Assembly: GCA_964016885.1 (NCBI GenBank)
Contig: OZ024742.1
Coordinates: forward strand, 308,698,001-308,762,000
Direction of reading: 5' to 3'
From: Eledone cirrhosa
Lineage: Eukaryota
DNA: 64,000 nucleotides
This document shows, piece by piece, positions 41,543 through 56,051 of this stretch (positions within the stretch are counted from its first letter, which is position 1; each line of letters begins with the position of its first letter). Made by a program: the position numbers and the translations under genes. The notes under the pieces are model-generated. The model did not search any database, was not told where the DNA came from, and saw nothing but the letters and a program-made list of their open reading frames with translations.

Positions 41543-42012
41543 AGTGGGTGTAACTAGGAGTTACTGCAGGTTCACCCGGGTGAGCACTCGGTGTTTAGGT
41601 TCACTTCTGTCATGATGTGTAGAGCTATACAGAGTGTAAAATATAGAAAGGATAAAAAGTACGATTTATTATTCCTTCATTGCATTTATTGATAGGTGAC
41701 GCGCCTTTCGCCACTGATCAGCTCAAGGTTCGATCTATATCGATCCTACCCGACTCAATAATCAATCGTCCTTTTTATCCTTTCTATATATATATATATA
41801 TATACATATACATAAATGTATATATAAATGTATATATATATATGCATATATATGCGTATATGCATATTTATACATCTATATGCATATATATGTATACATG
41901 TATGTGTTTTTGTATGTATACATATATATACGTGGACACATACATTTCCTAAACACATCCATGAATCCATGAACTTATATCTCTTCAATATTCTTTCGTT
42001 AAAAACATATAA

Positions 42013-43995
42013 ACTATATATATAAAACTGAGGATGTCTGTCTCTGTGTGTGTGAGTGAATTTGAATCCCTAAAACTCGAGAAGCACCCAACCGACTGTT
42101 TTCAAACTTTACACATGTAATACTTATGTTTCAGGGAGTGTTCTGAGCCAAAACAATTTGAAATTTCCAATGCCCCAGGCATCGCATTAGGCGATTTAGC
42201 GATCTTTCTCTATAATTATTAGTCTTTCTTTTTTTAGATTGATACATACATATAACGTCGCCCCCTTATAATATCTTTCTGTATGTTTGGTTGTGTGCAT
42301 TACGGCACTTCCCAAAATTCCCTCTGCGTGCAGATTTTCCACTTACGGCACACTGCCTTCGATTATTCCGCCACCCTTGCTCAAGACAAATCTCACACTC
42401 ATTCCCCAAACAGTTGGTAAGTGCACACAACTTCTTCCTCGCGTTTTAAGCCACAATGTTGCTTACTTACGTACCACCAGACCCTTACTTCTTTGCCAGC
42501 CGTGGTTGTGGCAATACTAAGCTTAGCTAAGGCGGTTATATATTTCACACAACACTAAAAATGAAAGCCGGTAACTATGTATTAGTCAGTCTCTTCTTCA
42601 TACCGTGAGCAAAGAAAATCCAACCTTTAGTGGAGCGAGTGAAATAAAGTCGATCCTGCTACGATTCAAAAATCAGGTTTTCAGGTTAAATATTTCACAC
42701 AACACTAAAAATTAAAGCCGGTAAAGAAAAGCATCGCTATAATAGCTTCAGTTTTCACAGTGTAGCTTACTTACGTGTCTTTACGAGAAAACTGAGGATG
42801 TCTGTATGTATGTGTGTATGTAAGTTTGAATCCCTCACCGACTGTTTTCAAACTTTTCACATGTAATACTTATGTTTCAGGGAATGTTCTGAGCCAAAAC
42901 AATTTGAAATGTTCAATGCCCTAGGGACCACATTAGGCGATTTAGCGATCTCTCTCTATAATTCTTAGTCTTTCTCTTTTTTGATAGATACATATTTATA
43001 ATGTCGCGCCCTTATAATATATGTATGTATGTCTGGCTGTCTACATTACGTCACTTCCCACACTGAAATGCGTTTTTTCTACGTTTTAAGGTGAACGCTT
43101 CAGCTAAGAACCTTCCCCTTGACAATTGGTGCGGCAATGTAAGGTCGTTAAGCGGATCGTTGTTCGTTGGGTGCTCTAGAGTTAGCATCTGGGAGAATCT
43201 TCTTGCATTTTCACAAGGACGAGGTAAGTTCGTTATCAACATTTCTTAAGGCAATTACCTGAAATACGTTTTCCCTCGGCTTTAGGTGACTACCTTCAGA
43301 GATGGACCTTCCGTTTCGCACTCGGCGCGTCAATGTATGGCTGTTAAACGGACCGCGAACGCATTCTGGTTCATTCTAAAGGCTACCAGTGGAAGCAACC
43401 GTAACACCCTCCTTCAAATGTCAGAGAACGCAGTCAAAGTCACTATTAAGGGCTACGAATGAACGCTCACATGGCCCTTTTTAGGGCCACCACTTGAAAT
43501 TGTTGATGGTGACCCCTCCTTAATGGGGTGTCAGTGAACGGCTTACACGGCCTTTTTAAGGGCCCTTGAAATAGCTTATGGCGACCCTTTCGTTTAGGGC
43601 TGCCAGTGAAGGCGCACATGCCTCGGGGCCCATTTTATTGCACCATTCTTCTTTAAATTTGTTAAATTATACCCACAGTTTGGTAAACGTTTGTCCAGTT
43701 GCGTTTACTTACTAAGGTGCGGTGAACTCCTTCGAGAAGGCTCCACATGCTGTCCGATTGCACGTCATGCCTTGCTCAAGCATTGCAGACTTCCCTCTGA
43801 CATAAGTGGTGACATCTCTCCTGCTGACTCATGCCACTTTAAAGTACAAAAGCACCAAGCCGATTTTCTGCATCAGAGCATTCGGTTTATTATCTTTACA
43901 TATTGTCGATGCATGCAGTTTTTCCATGATTAGGTCTGTTGGCGGCCCGCGTTCCAAAATACCTTATCCCGTGCAACGCCGGGTACCACTGCTAG
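42013..43995 (+). mobile_element. Non-autonomous Helitron
   Basis: 5' CTATATATATAAAACTGAGGATGTCTGT (the expected 5' TC reads AC). 3' hairpin CCCGTGCAACGCCGGG, then CTAG|T at 43992-43996. Internal duplication 42025-42330 / 42788-43070. Confidence 0.75.
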
Positions 43996-44155
43996 TATTA
44001 AATATATGTAAACCTGTTGCTGAGACATTAAAATTTAGAGTGCGAACTCGATGGAAAATGAAACACCAACTGATGATAACAATAATTTGTTTAATACATA
44101 TCCGGTATCGATATCATCATCATCATCATCATCATCATCATTTAACGTATATATA

Positions 44156-44258
<103 letters not shown>

Positions 44259-45428
44259 CTATGTGTTTGTCTTTTGTGTATGTATGTTTGTGTGTGAGTG
44301 TGAGTTTGTGTGTTCAACTTTCATTTTCCTTTCAGTTTTTTTCATTATTATTGGGGATCTCTTCGGTTTATGAATGAAATGGCTTCTTTTCTTATAAATA
44401 AACATTATAATAAACATTATAAAAGTCTTGTAGAATGTTTGGCGACATTCTTTCTGTGCACCTTTTCATCACTATGGTATTACTGCATCCATTATCGAAC
44501 CATTCACTTCCTTAGTATGGGAAGGGGGAGGGGTACAATTAGAAAGTGGTATAAAACTCGTGATATAAAATTGAACATACAATGTGAATATGGAGAAAAA
44601 AAAATCTGCTCAGTAAAAGTATGTATACGAGTAAATAAATAAATAAATATATATATTTCGTACGTATGTTGGGTGTGTGTATATGTGTACTTCATGTTTT
44701 GGTGACATACGTCTGCGAACATTTGTGTATTTACATGTAGGTATGTGTGTGCGCTTGTTATATACGTATTTATTTATTTATATACGTTTATTTAATTACT
44801 TATTTATTTGTATACACGCGCGCACACACACACACATATTTATATGTGCGTGGTTTTGTATACCTATGGCGAGTGTTTTCGCGTATGCTTGTGTATGTAC
44901 GTATTTGGATGCGTGTATGTATTTATTTAATATCAATTACCTCTGTATTGTATTTTATTTACTTTATTCTTAACTCTGAAGCGGAAAATCATTCGGTTTC
45001 CTAGTTAGAGTTTTAGTCTACGACTTCAGCTATACCATTTACGTGGTTTTGTCTTTGCGTGCAATTGTTCTCCACGCTCCACATATGACGTATTATCTTC
45101 GTTTTTTTCGTTCATTGCCAGAGAACGTCTCTATGAACCACCTAAGAGAACATTAGTCTACGACTTCTTTTATACCATAAACGTGGTTCTGTCTTTGCGT
45201 GTAATTGTTTTTCACCGCTCCTATTAATGACGTATTATATTCGTTTTTTCCCGTTCTTTGCCAGGGAACGTTTCCACGAACCAAAGTATCGTCTTCCTGT
45301 CTTCCTCCGGTTGCAACGTTTTTTGAAATATCAACTTCTGCGTTTACAGATTGACTTTGTTAGTTTCAGACAATCCCGTTAAGGGTGAAAGCAGCGATTA
45401 TTTGCTTAAACTTTAATCTGTTATTTTA

Positions 45429-45487
<59 letters not shown>

Positions 45488-45489
<2 letters not shown>

Positions 45490-46225
45490 TATGCATGTAT
45501 GTATACGTACATATATATATGTATACAGACGTACAGTATTATGTATATATATACATACATGCACACATATATATATGCACGTATCGGTTTACCGAACATT
45601 TATTATAATGCTCGATTTGTTTGTTTGTAAACAAACAAACAGCCCGAATTACGCCGTACAGTGTTTAGGCAACCACGTCACCTTTTTGTTCAACGCTGAC
45701 ACAGGAACGATGTACTAGTTTCAAGCTCATTAGCTAAGAGTGAGAAATGAAATTTCGTTTCATTCTATTCTATTTATCGTTTTCGGTGTGTCCGGCCGAC
45801 TGAACTCACACGATATGCAAATTAGGCTGCTCAGCCGTTAATATGCATAAGGAAAGTATATACTTTCAGACGTTCAACCATCTGGCAGGAAGGTATACGA
45901 TGCTGACGATAGCTAATAAGCTTGAAACTAGTACATCGTTCCTGTGTCATTGGTGAACAAAAAGGTGACGTGGTTGCCTAAACACTGTACGAGTATTTCG
46001 GGCTGTTTGTTTGTTTACAAACAAACAAACCGAGCATTATAATAAATGTTCAGTAAACCGATACGTGCATATATATTTATATATGTGTGCATGTATGTAT
46101 ATATATACATACTACTGTACGTATGTATACATATATGTATGTACGTATACATACATGCATACTTACATTTAAGAAAGTGCCGTACTAAGAGTGAGAAATG
46201 TAATTTCGTTTCATTCTATTCCATT
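45488..46225 (+). repeat. Diverged solo monomer of the array-B family with inverted 5' arm (45488-45737)
   Basis: Colinear with array-B units; flanked by (TA)n. Confidence 0.85.
45897..45939 (+). ncRNA. Minimal type I hammerhead ribozyme (array-B family solo copy)
   Basis: ACGAUG CUGACGA uAGCU aaua AGCUu GAAAC ua GUA CAUCGU; the G-U pair of array B is A-U here. Confidence 0.85.
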
Positions 46226-46319
<94 letters not shown>

Positions 46320-46342
46320 TGTATGTGTATATATATATATAT

Positions 46343-46454
<112 letters not shown>

Positions 46455-46455
46455 G

Positions 46456-46489
<34 letters not shown>

Positions 46490-46492
<3 letters not shown>

Positions 46493-47754
46493 CTTTACTT
46501 TTTACTAATGATAATATTTGGGTTAAAAAGTCAAACCCTGAAAACTCTTTCGATGTTGCAATGGGTTCTTATGACAGTGCGGATGTGTGCGACTTAGTAG
46601 GATTATTCCTTCTCCACACACTCAAAGAGAAATTTCCGTCCCATAAAATCGGTTTATACCGTGATGACGGATTAGCAGTTTCTCATACCACCAATGGCCA
46701 TAATCTTGATAAATTCCGTAAAGATTTAATTAGTACCTTTGCTAATCTTAACCTTAAAATTACTATAGATACGAACCTTACTAATGCTAACTTTCTTGAT
46801 ATTAATCTTGATCTACTTACTGCCTCTTTTAAACCCTATCATAAACCTAATGAAAATCTTAGGTATATACACAAAGAGTCTTGCCATCCCCCTATAGTTT
46901 TTAATAATCTTATTCCTAACATTAGCCGTAGGATTTCTACTTTATCTTCGTCTATAGACATTTTTAATAAAGCCGCCCCTTATTATAATAAAGCCCTTAA
47001 GAACAGCGGTTTTACAGAAAATATTTCTTATCTACCTACTCCCCCCCCTAAAACTAACCATAATAACAGGAAAAGGAAGATTATTTGGTTCACACCCCCC
47101 TTCTCTCTAAATGTCAAAACTAATGTAGGAAGGAAATTCCTTGAACTATTAGACAAACATTTTCCTCCTATTCATAGATATTATAAGATTTTTAATAGGA
47201 ATGTAGTTAAGATCAGCTACTCTTGTTGTCCATCCATGAAATCCAAAATCACCAGTTCAAACCGTACGAGGATAAATCCAGGATGCAGTTGCAGGAAGCC
47301 GGATGAATGCCCATTGCAGGGTAAATGTAACACAAAATCTGTCGTTTATGAGGCTAAAATAACGCCAGTTATCAACAACCAGCCAGCCAGAAGCGAGCGA
47401 TATGTCGGTATGACCCAGGACAGGTTTAAAACCAGATTTTACTCACATGTCGCTTCTTTTAAACACTCAGATAAACGAACATCAACGGCCCTCGCAAGTA
47501 AGGTATGGGATCTCAAGGATAGTAATATCCCGTACTCCATTGATTGGTCTATATTAGACCATTCGAGGGAGTACCAAAGGGGCACAAAGAATTGTTCTTT
47601 GTGTACCACAGAAAAGTATAGGATTTTGCTAAACTTGAGAGACACTTCCGCTTGCCTTAACTCTAAGACTGAGATCTTCAGATGCTGTCCTCATCTGAAA
47701 TCGCATCTGATCTGTAACTGGATTGACACTCCTACGATAAATCAACCGCCTTGA
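46490..47754 (+). pseudogene. 5'-truncated Naiad-like PLE ORF (RT C-terminal half + GIY-YIG), uninterrupted
   Basis: [82 protein letters not shown] and CPH. Begins at (TA)n, so the ORF track's 5' part is microsatellite. Confidence 0.88.
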
Positions 47755-48062
47755 ACTCCTTCTCTGCTCTTTACTTTTGCTACGGCTTTTATTTTGCTGC
47801 TTCTACCTTCTGTACTCTTGTATTTAAAAAAATTGTTTTCTCCCTTACCTCCCCTTATATTTTTACCTCCTCTTAGCCCCCCCCCCCATATATTCTTTTT
47901 GTTTTGCCCTTCACATACCTATGTGTATGTGTATGTATTTTTGTGTGTATATATGTATATGTGTACGTATATGTTTGTGTATGTATATGTATGTGTATGT
48001 ATGTATGTATATGTATGTATGTGTATATATGTGTATGTATATATGTCTGTATATATATATAT

Positions 48063-48123
<61 letters not shown>

Positions 48124-48199
48124 CGTGTCTGTATGTGTGTATATATTTGTATATTTGTGTGTGTATATGTATGTATATGTGGATAAACCAGGGCTTTCT

Positions 48200-48257
48200 T
48201 TCATTCTGAAGATTGAAGGAAACTTTTTTTGCTTTTAAGAAACCTCTGGTGAATGGA
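48200..48257 (+). ncRNA. Decayed hammerhead (GUG at the cleavage site, probably inactive) in the pLTR of the 46.5-kb PLE
   Basis: UUCAUU CUGAAGA ... GAAACC ucu GGUG AAUGGA; paralogue of 49624. Confidence 0.6.
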
Positions 48258-48710
48258 TTAATTGCCTTGTATGGCTTTATTACTTTACTACTATATATAC
48301 GTTTATGTAAGGTTCATTTGTCTTATCTAATACTGAGCTTTACACATACACACATGTATATGTGTGTGTGTATGTGTATGCATGTGTGTATGTGTACGTG
48401 TATGTGTGTATGTATATATATATATATTTATATGTATATATGTGTATATATATATGTGAATATGTATGTATGTATATATGTATATGTATGTGTATGTATG
48501 TATATGTTGCGTGTGTTTTTATTTATTTTTATGTATGTGTGGGTTTGTGTGTGGGTGTGTGTGTGTGTATATATATGTGTGTGTGTTTGTATTTGGTTGT
48601 GCGTTCTTTTGATATATACGTATTTGCATGTGTATAATTGTTTAGCTATGTATGTATATGTGTGTTTACGTATTTATATGTGTGTGTGCGTTTATATTTT
48701 TATATTTTTG

Positions 48711-48761
<51 letters not shown>

Positions 48762-49210
48762 GTGTGTGTGTGCGTATATAATTACATATACATGTGTGTG
48801 TTTATATTGTATACGTGTACGTGTTTGCGTATGTATGTGTATGTACGTGTTTATGTATTTGTATATGTATATTTATGTGTGAGAGTGTGTGTATGTGTTT
48901 ACTATTTCGAACGTATGTATATGTGCTTATGTGTGTATTACTTACCACGCGTGTCTGTCCTGTTAGCTGGGGCATGTATCGCTGTCAAATATTTGTTAAT
49001 ATTATTTATATATTTTTTTCTTATATTTATTTGCGTGTGTTAATATGTAGTGGAGTGCATTCATGTATGTGTATGTATGTACGTTGTATGTTTGTGTGAA
49101 TGTATGTATATGTGTGTGTATATATATGTGTGTGTGTATGTGTAGGCTTGTACACACACATGTGTGTGTGTGTGTGTGTGTGTATGTATATGTGTATATG
49201 TGTGTATATG

Positions 49211-49286
<76 letters not shown>

Positions 49287-49343
49287 AATATATGTATGTG
49301 TATATGTGTGTATATATGTGTATGTGTGTGTAGGTGTACGCTC

Positions 49344-49408
<65 letters not shown>

Positions 49409-49623
49409 GTATATGTGTGTATGTGTATATGTGTATGCGTGCAAATTATATGTGTATATATGTGTGTGTGTGTAAGTATGCTTTTGTGTTTTTTTTGTGT
49501 GTGTTTGCATGTGTAGTTTTATTTTATTTTATTTTTCCTTTCCTTCTCCCTTTTCCAGCCTCACTTTCATATAGATTGCATTTTTGTTTTTAGAATCCAT
49601 ATTCAATAAACAAACCAGGATTT

Positions 49624-49681
49624 TTCATTCTGAGGATTGAAAGCAAAACCTTTTGCTTTTAAGAAACCACTGGTAAATGGA
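49624..49681 (+). ncRNA. Type I hammerhead ribozyme
   Basis: UUCAUU CUGAGGA UUGAAAGCAAA accu UUUGCUUUUAA GAAACC acu GGUA AAUGGA: 11-bp stem II, GUA triplet. Confidence 0.82.
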
Positions 49682-49711
49682 ATAATTGCCTTATGTTGTT
49701 TATTACATAAT

Positions 49712-49779
<68 letters not shown>

Positions 49780-50019
49780 AGATAGATAAATATACACGGG
49801 TGTGTATGATTGTGTATAGAAGATTATATTAATAAGAGGAATTCCAACTTTGTCTGATTTACTCGTTTTATTTACAATCCTTTAAAATTTATAATGGTAT
49901 TATAATGAAATAGTATGATAGAATATTAAATGTTAAGTGTTAATTGAACAAGTACTTTCATGCTTTCTCAATCTTCAGGTTCACAATGTGTGGTGACAGT
50001 CAAGTTTTTGGTAAATATC

Positions 50020-50307
50020 ATCTTGGTTAAGAGAGTGGGACTGGCTTTGTGCAGTGCCTTTTCTCACTATAAAAGCTTCACGGCACAGGCATTGCTTTAT
50101 ATCTGGAGATCTCTCTGGACTTGTCGTCACATGGTACCATGGGCCCAGCACTATGTGTCAATAATTGTCACAAGTGTAGTGTTTGTACCAGAGTTTTCAA
50201 GTCGCTGGCTGGACTAAAATGTCACACTCGTTCAGCGCATCGGTAGGGGTTCTCCTACATGGATATAAAGTAGAGGCCGTACTCGAAAACGAGTTGGCAG
50301 TCACCAT
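50020..50307 (+). mobile_element. RTE-derived fragment ending in a C2H2 zinc-finger coding remnant
   Basis: 50169-50246 translates [25 protein letters not shown]; joined to a 5'-UTR-like piece shared with 37085-37150. Confidence 0.5.
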
Positions 50308-50354
50308 ATGTATATATATGTATGTATATGTATATATATGTACGTATATATATG

Positions 50355-50385
<31 letters not shown>

Positions 50386-50539
50386 GTATAGATATATGTA
50401 TGTATATATATATATGTATGTATATATATATGTATATATATATGTGTATGTATATATAAACATATATATATATATGTATGTATATATATATATGTATGTA
50501 TATATATATGTATATATATATGTGTATGTATATATAAAC

Positions 50540-50618
<79 letters not shown>

Positions 50619-50647
50619 TGTGTGTGTGCGCGTGTGTGTGTGTGTGC

Positions 50648-50824
<177 letters not shown>

Positions 50825-51689
50825 CGTGTGTGTGCGTGTGTGTGTATAATTATGGAGTGAATGTTTGACTTTATAAAAATAAATATCGGTGAAATACTAA
50901 GCTACTTTCAGTTCAAGGTAATAAGATTGTTAGTCCGATCATGTTGTGTTGATGTACATGTGTACACATAGAAAAGCAACGAGAAAATACATGTTTAGTA
51001 GTTGTTTATGTAAGCTAACGTGTTGTTTTGATGTTTTCAGCTGTCCGTGTGACATAATAATGGTAACCAAAGCTGGTAATATAACCAGCTATGATTAATG
51101 AGATTGAGTGTTATTAATGTCAAATAGATGAGAGATGATATTTCAAACTGAGATTTACCTTCTATATACTTCATAGTGGATGCAACATAGTCGAATTGCT
51201 AAGACGTTTTGAAGTCTTGTATCGCATCTAGGTTATGTGTCATTTATCATAGCCTCGTGTCTACCCATGAATTATGAGTGAAATCGAGTAGTTTGAAACT
51301 GTTTGGACGTCCGTCAGATGGATTGTACCTATAATTCAAAGCGTCATTAATATGAATATATTACTGATATCGGTATTATGTTCCTTGGATAACAAAAACT
51401 AAGACATTTTCCACCAATTTCCATTGATTCAATATAAAACAGTTTAGAGATTTGAGGCTGTTTGGAATTCTTATCTTTATGGGAGAATTAAAATTTAATT
51501 AAGATTATACAATGAACAAAGATCAAATTAAGATGGCAGTTTCTGCTCTCCCGAATCTTATCTGTTTTAGGGAAATGAAAGAGATTGTCAAACCCAGTTG
51601 GATTTGAACTCAGAAGGTCAACAAACTAAACAAAGAACTGGACGACATCTTGTTCACCACCCATCCCAGTAGAATTGATGCTTTCTAAT

Positions 51690-51870
51690 TTTGACACAAG
51701 GCTATCAATTTTGAGTGAGGTGTGGTATGATTATATCGACCCAATACTTGACTAGTAATTTATATGATTAATCCCAAAAGGATGAAGGCAAAGTGACCAG
51801 CGGAATTTGAAATCAGAACGTAAAGAACCGGTAGAAATACTGCTAAGCATTTGTCCGACGTTCTAACAAC
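51690..51870 (-). mobile_element. Octopus OK-like tRNA-derived SINE (other copies 52900-53005 +, 54115-54300 -, 60800-60915 -)
   Basis: Reverse complement of the GAGTTCAAAT.CCGCCGAGGT..ACTTTGCCTTTCATCCTT..GGGGTCGATAAAATAA.GTACCAG core. Confidence 0.65.
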
Positions 51871-53027
51871 TCAACCAAACCACTACCCTCCCAGTGAATT
51901 AATGAATGTAGTTTCTTTACAGGGAGTAAGTTATTGAATTTTAACTTAATAGCTCATAAAATCAATTAAAAGTTCACAATCTTTCATCTTAATTATTCCT
52001 TTATTCACGAAATCTGAGTCTTAAAAGACACAATACTCCCCTTTACCAACCACCAATGCAAGCCACGAGAACATATCTTGTTAAATCGACCGGATTCATT
52101 AGTTTGCTAAATCAGTTAAAATGGCCGCTCTTATGGCAGATATTCTGTTTAATAATTAATTAAAACTCTTTAGTCAAAAGTACATTTTCCACACTGTGGA
52201 CGCAGCTTGGTTGAATGGTAAAGAAGTTGGCTTCACAATCATTAGCTCTCGGGTTCGCTCCCACTAAATGGCATCGTAAGCAAGTGCCATATACCGTAGC
52301 CTTGAGTCAGCCCATGCTTCGTGAGTGAAACTGAATAAACAAAAACTGTTTGGAAGCCCATCAGACGAAATATACCTACAATTCAGAGGATCAGCCTTAT
52401 CACACACTGTGTTACTCCGAATTAATTTTTTTAAGAATTATGTTCAGGGTAGACATATCCATTGAAAGTTCAGCCTCTTACAGGTTAATTTTGAAACAGA
52501 CTGAAATCTGCTCAAGTTCCAATATCTGATTTATGTCGGTACAGGATGAACATCAGCGAAAATTCTAAATGAACTTGATGAAAAATGCTTGAAATAGTTG
52601 TTCTGCAGCACCTTACAAATACACCTTTGTCATTCTCACCGTCAGAAATTCGGTAAACCAATGACTAATATGTTAGACACTTCTAACCAACGTTGTGATT
52701 CACAAGTTGGAATATAAGATATATGAAAACTAAATACAGAAGTATTACAGTTTTGAAACATTACAGTTTTTCGCGGCCGGATTGTGTGGTTATTGTTTCT
52801 AATTCAGTGTAGTAGTGTTAGGGATGATTTCAGAAGTCATATTATTTCCATAAGGGGCGAATTAGCAGAGTTGATAAAATGCCAGCCAGAATGCTTTGTG
52901 GGATTCGGTCCTGCTCTCTGCGCTCTCGAAGTTCAATTCCCGCCAAAGTCAAATTTATTTTTCGTCCTTTCGAGGTCGATTAAAAAGTATCAGTCCAGTA
53001 TTGATATCAATTCTTCCTCTATATCAC

Positions 53028-53117
<90 letters not shown>

Positions 53118-54751
53118 CTCTCTGGAAATAATCTACAGTTTCAGGCCTAGATAGTGAATGGGCTCCGTCAGCTTTAAAGTGCCTTACGCTCACCGTATGT
53201 CACAACGGCGACACCTCGACTCCATCAAAACTTAACGGTAAAAAGAAATATTTGTTTATGCTTTAAGTGAACGTTATGTCAAATCTCAATGTTATATAAT
53301 ATCCACAAATATTCCATTTCAATATTAATTCTTTGATTCCTTTCATAACTGTTAGACATGATTCCTCATTTAGAAAGATTCAACAATTTATTTCTCTTGC
53401 TACAGCTAGCAAGTGGTGTTGTTACTATTGTTTTGTTTTTATCTTATATTGTATGAGAAATATAAAAGATAATGAATGCTATGTCAGTGTTGCTGGGAAT
53501 TGGCGTTATCGCACACAATGTGATATTTTTGTACGTTTTTAATTGTTTTCATGCTTTTTAGGTCTTTTGTTTTTTTTTATAGTTTTTTTTTTATTCATTT
53601 ATGTATTTATTTATCCGTTTATTTCATGTTTTCTTTTATTTTCATCACAAAAAAATTAAGAAGGATCGGTTGTTATTTCGAAGAATTAATTTGTCAAAAT
53701 GTCAGCTGTAAATACGAAGCCTTTGGCGGTTTCTTCTAACTACTGTGGTTTCTTTTTATTCTCCCTTGGGAAGAATTCTATCCACAGCTAAGACGTTCAC
53801 AAAATTATTTCATAAATTGAAAGTGACGAGAGATGTCAACGAGAATACACTCGTCATATCTAATTGCATTCAGTTTGTCCTTTACCATCTTTTAATACGA
53901 TAAATATAAAACAATAATAAGAACTGTACATTTGTATAATAGGAGCTATTCTTTGTATAACGGTTTTATTCTGCTTTGTTTATTAAACGTAAATTAAAAC
54001 AGTAGATTCAATTTCGGAATTGCGTTATAACTACAAGATAATTATTTGAGAATAATGTGAGCGAAAATGAATAGAAAGTGATATTGTTTCAAATGTGAAA
54101 GGATTCTGTATATAATTGTTTCTATTTTTGGCACAAGGCCACAATTAACCAGTGCATTACTGGTACTTTATTTTATCGACCCCATAAGGATGAAAGGCAA
54201 AGTTAACCTCGGCGGGATTTGAACTCAGATCATAAAGGGACGTAACTATGCTTCAAAGCATGGCGTCCGACCCTCTACCGATACTGCCAATCCACCGCCC
54301 TTCTGTATATAATGTGTAATACTGCGCCTAGTTTCTTTTAGCTATCACAATTAAGGTTATTCTGTTAAACGTATCTGTGGAATGCTCAGCCACTAACACG
54401 TTACATTGATGAGCAGGCTGTTCCGTTGGTCAAACAACTGAAGCACTCATCGTCGATATTGATGGAGTTCCATTCCATTTTATTCAGAGCATAAAAACAA
54501 CTAACAATATACTGCTGTCTCTAAGCAAGAGGAAGCATTGTCCTGTTAAGAACCATTAAGTTCGAAGTGCATAGACAATTATCCTCCGCTGCCTCTACTG
54601 GATTCCGTTAGACGGCGCTTCTATTCATAGCTGGGCTTTCAAAATATTTAATTATTAAACATACCATATATATTTAGATATACGAAATTCACATATATGT
54701 ATATAAACAGCTATGTCGAAGCTAAATTTTAATTATATATATATATATATA

Positions 54752-55175
54752 AATGGAAAAAATGAAATTTCATTTCTCGCTCTTAGTACGGCTCATACTT
54801 AAATATAAGTATGTCTACGTACATACATATATGGATACAGACGCACAGTAGTATGTATATACATACATACATGCACACATATATATATGTACGTATAGGT
54901 TTACCGAACATTTATTATAATGCTCGGTTTGTTTGTAAACAAACAGCCCGAATTATTAGCCGTACAGTGTTCGGCAACCATCGTTGCCATTTTGTTCAAT
55001 ACTGACAAAGGAACGATGAACTAGTTTCTAGCTTATTAGCTGTCATCAGCACCGTATACCTTCCTGCCAGTTGATTGAACGTTTGAAAGTATATACTTTC
55101 CTTATGCATATTAACGCATGAGCAGCCGAATTTGCATATCGAGTGAGTTAGTCGGCCGGGCGTACCGAAATATAC
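54752..55175 (-). repeat. Diverged solo monomer of the array-B family (minus strand)
   Basis: Reverse complement colinear with the array-B unit, including ATGCAAAT and the HHR. Confidence 0.8.
55013..55055 (-). ncRNA. Minimal type I hammerhead ribozyme (array-B family solo copy)
   Basis: ACGGUG CUGAUGA cAGCU aaua AGCUa GAAAC ua GUU CAUCGU; C-A at 10.1/11.1. Confidence 0.8.
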
Positions 55176-55263
55176 ATATATATGCATATACATATACATA
55201 TACATACATATATATATATATATTTATATATATATATATATACATACATATATATATATATAC

Positions 55264-55338
<75 letters not shown>

Positions 55339-56051
55339 AACAAGTAGGACCCCGCCGGCTGAGCTCAAGCCGTTTCGACGGCTAATTCTGGACTAAATGA
55401 ACATTTTTATCCTGGTATATGAATAGCCGAGCTTCTCAGGGGGTAATTCCATATATGGTAAAAGTGATTGTCACAAGGATTGGTCAAAAGTTTGTTGTTG
55501 AGACACATAATTCTATCATGGCAATTTGTGGAGGGAAAGGGTAGCTGAACCTGCCAGTAGAAGAAAGAGGGAGAGGGGTGGAGAAAACCCAGTCGTGCGT
55601 TGATAGTGACAGCTACAGCTGGGCAGGAGGTAAAAGAAGTATACTAGGGAGGGGGAGGGGGAGGATGTCGAAACAATAAGTAAAGCAATATGGGGTAAAT
55701 ATATAGAAAAATACCGAGAATGTTAAAAAACAATTAAATGTAAAAAAAAAAAATTCTGGTTACTATAACCTAAGGACAGCTATCAAGTCTCTCACTGGTA
55801 CTGCTAGACTAAAGAAAGGTTTACTAGGTGGGACCGAATTATAATGAGACCCTTTTAAGAGGTAGAAGTAATCAACCGAGTATATCTTACGGTGACGGGT
55901 CAACAAGTGGGGGGCCAAAATACTAAAGAAACTACCACGAAATAATAATTCAGAGTCCCGAGACCAATACGAAATAAAGGTTTCTACCCCAGGCACAAGG
56001 CCAGCAACCACCCAGTGCAAAAATAAATAAACTAATACGAAATAATAATTC

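Noticed and set aside
52200-52270. tRNA-like A/B boxes
   Set aside because: Head of a decayed tRNA-derived SINE; no complete cloverleaf.
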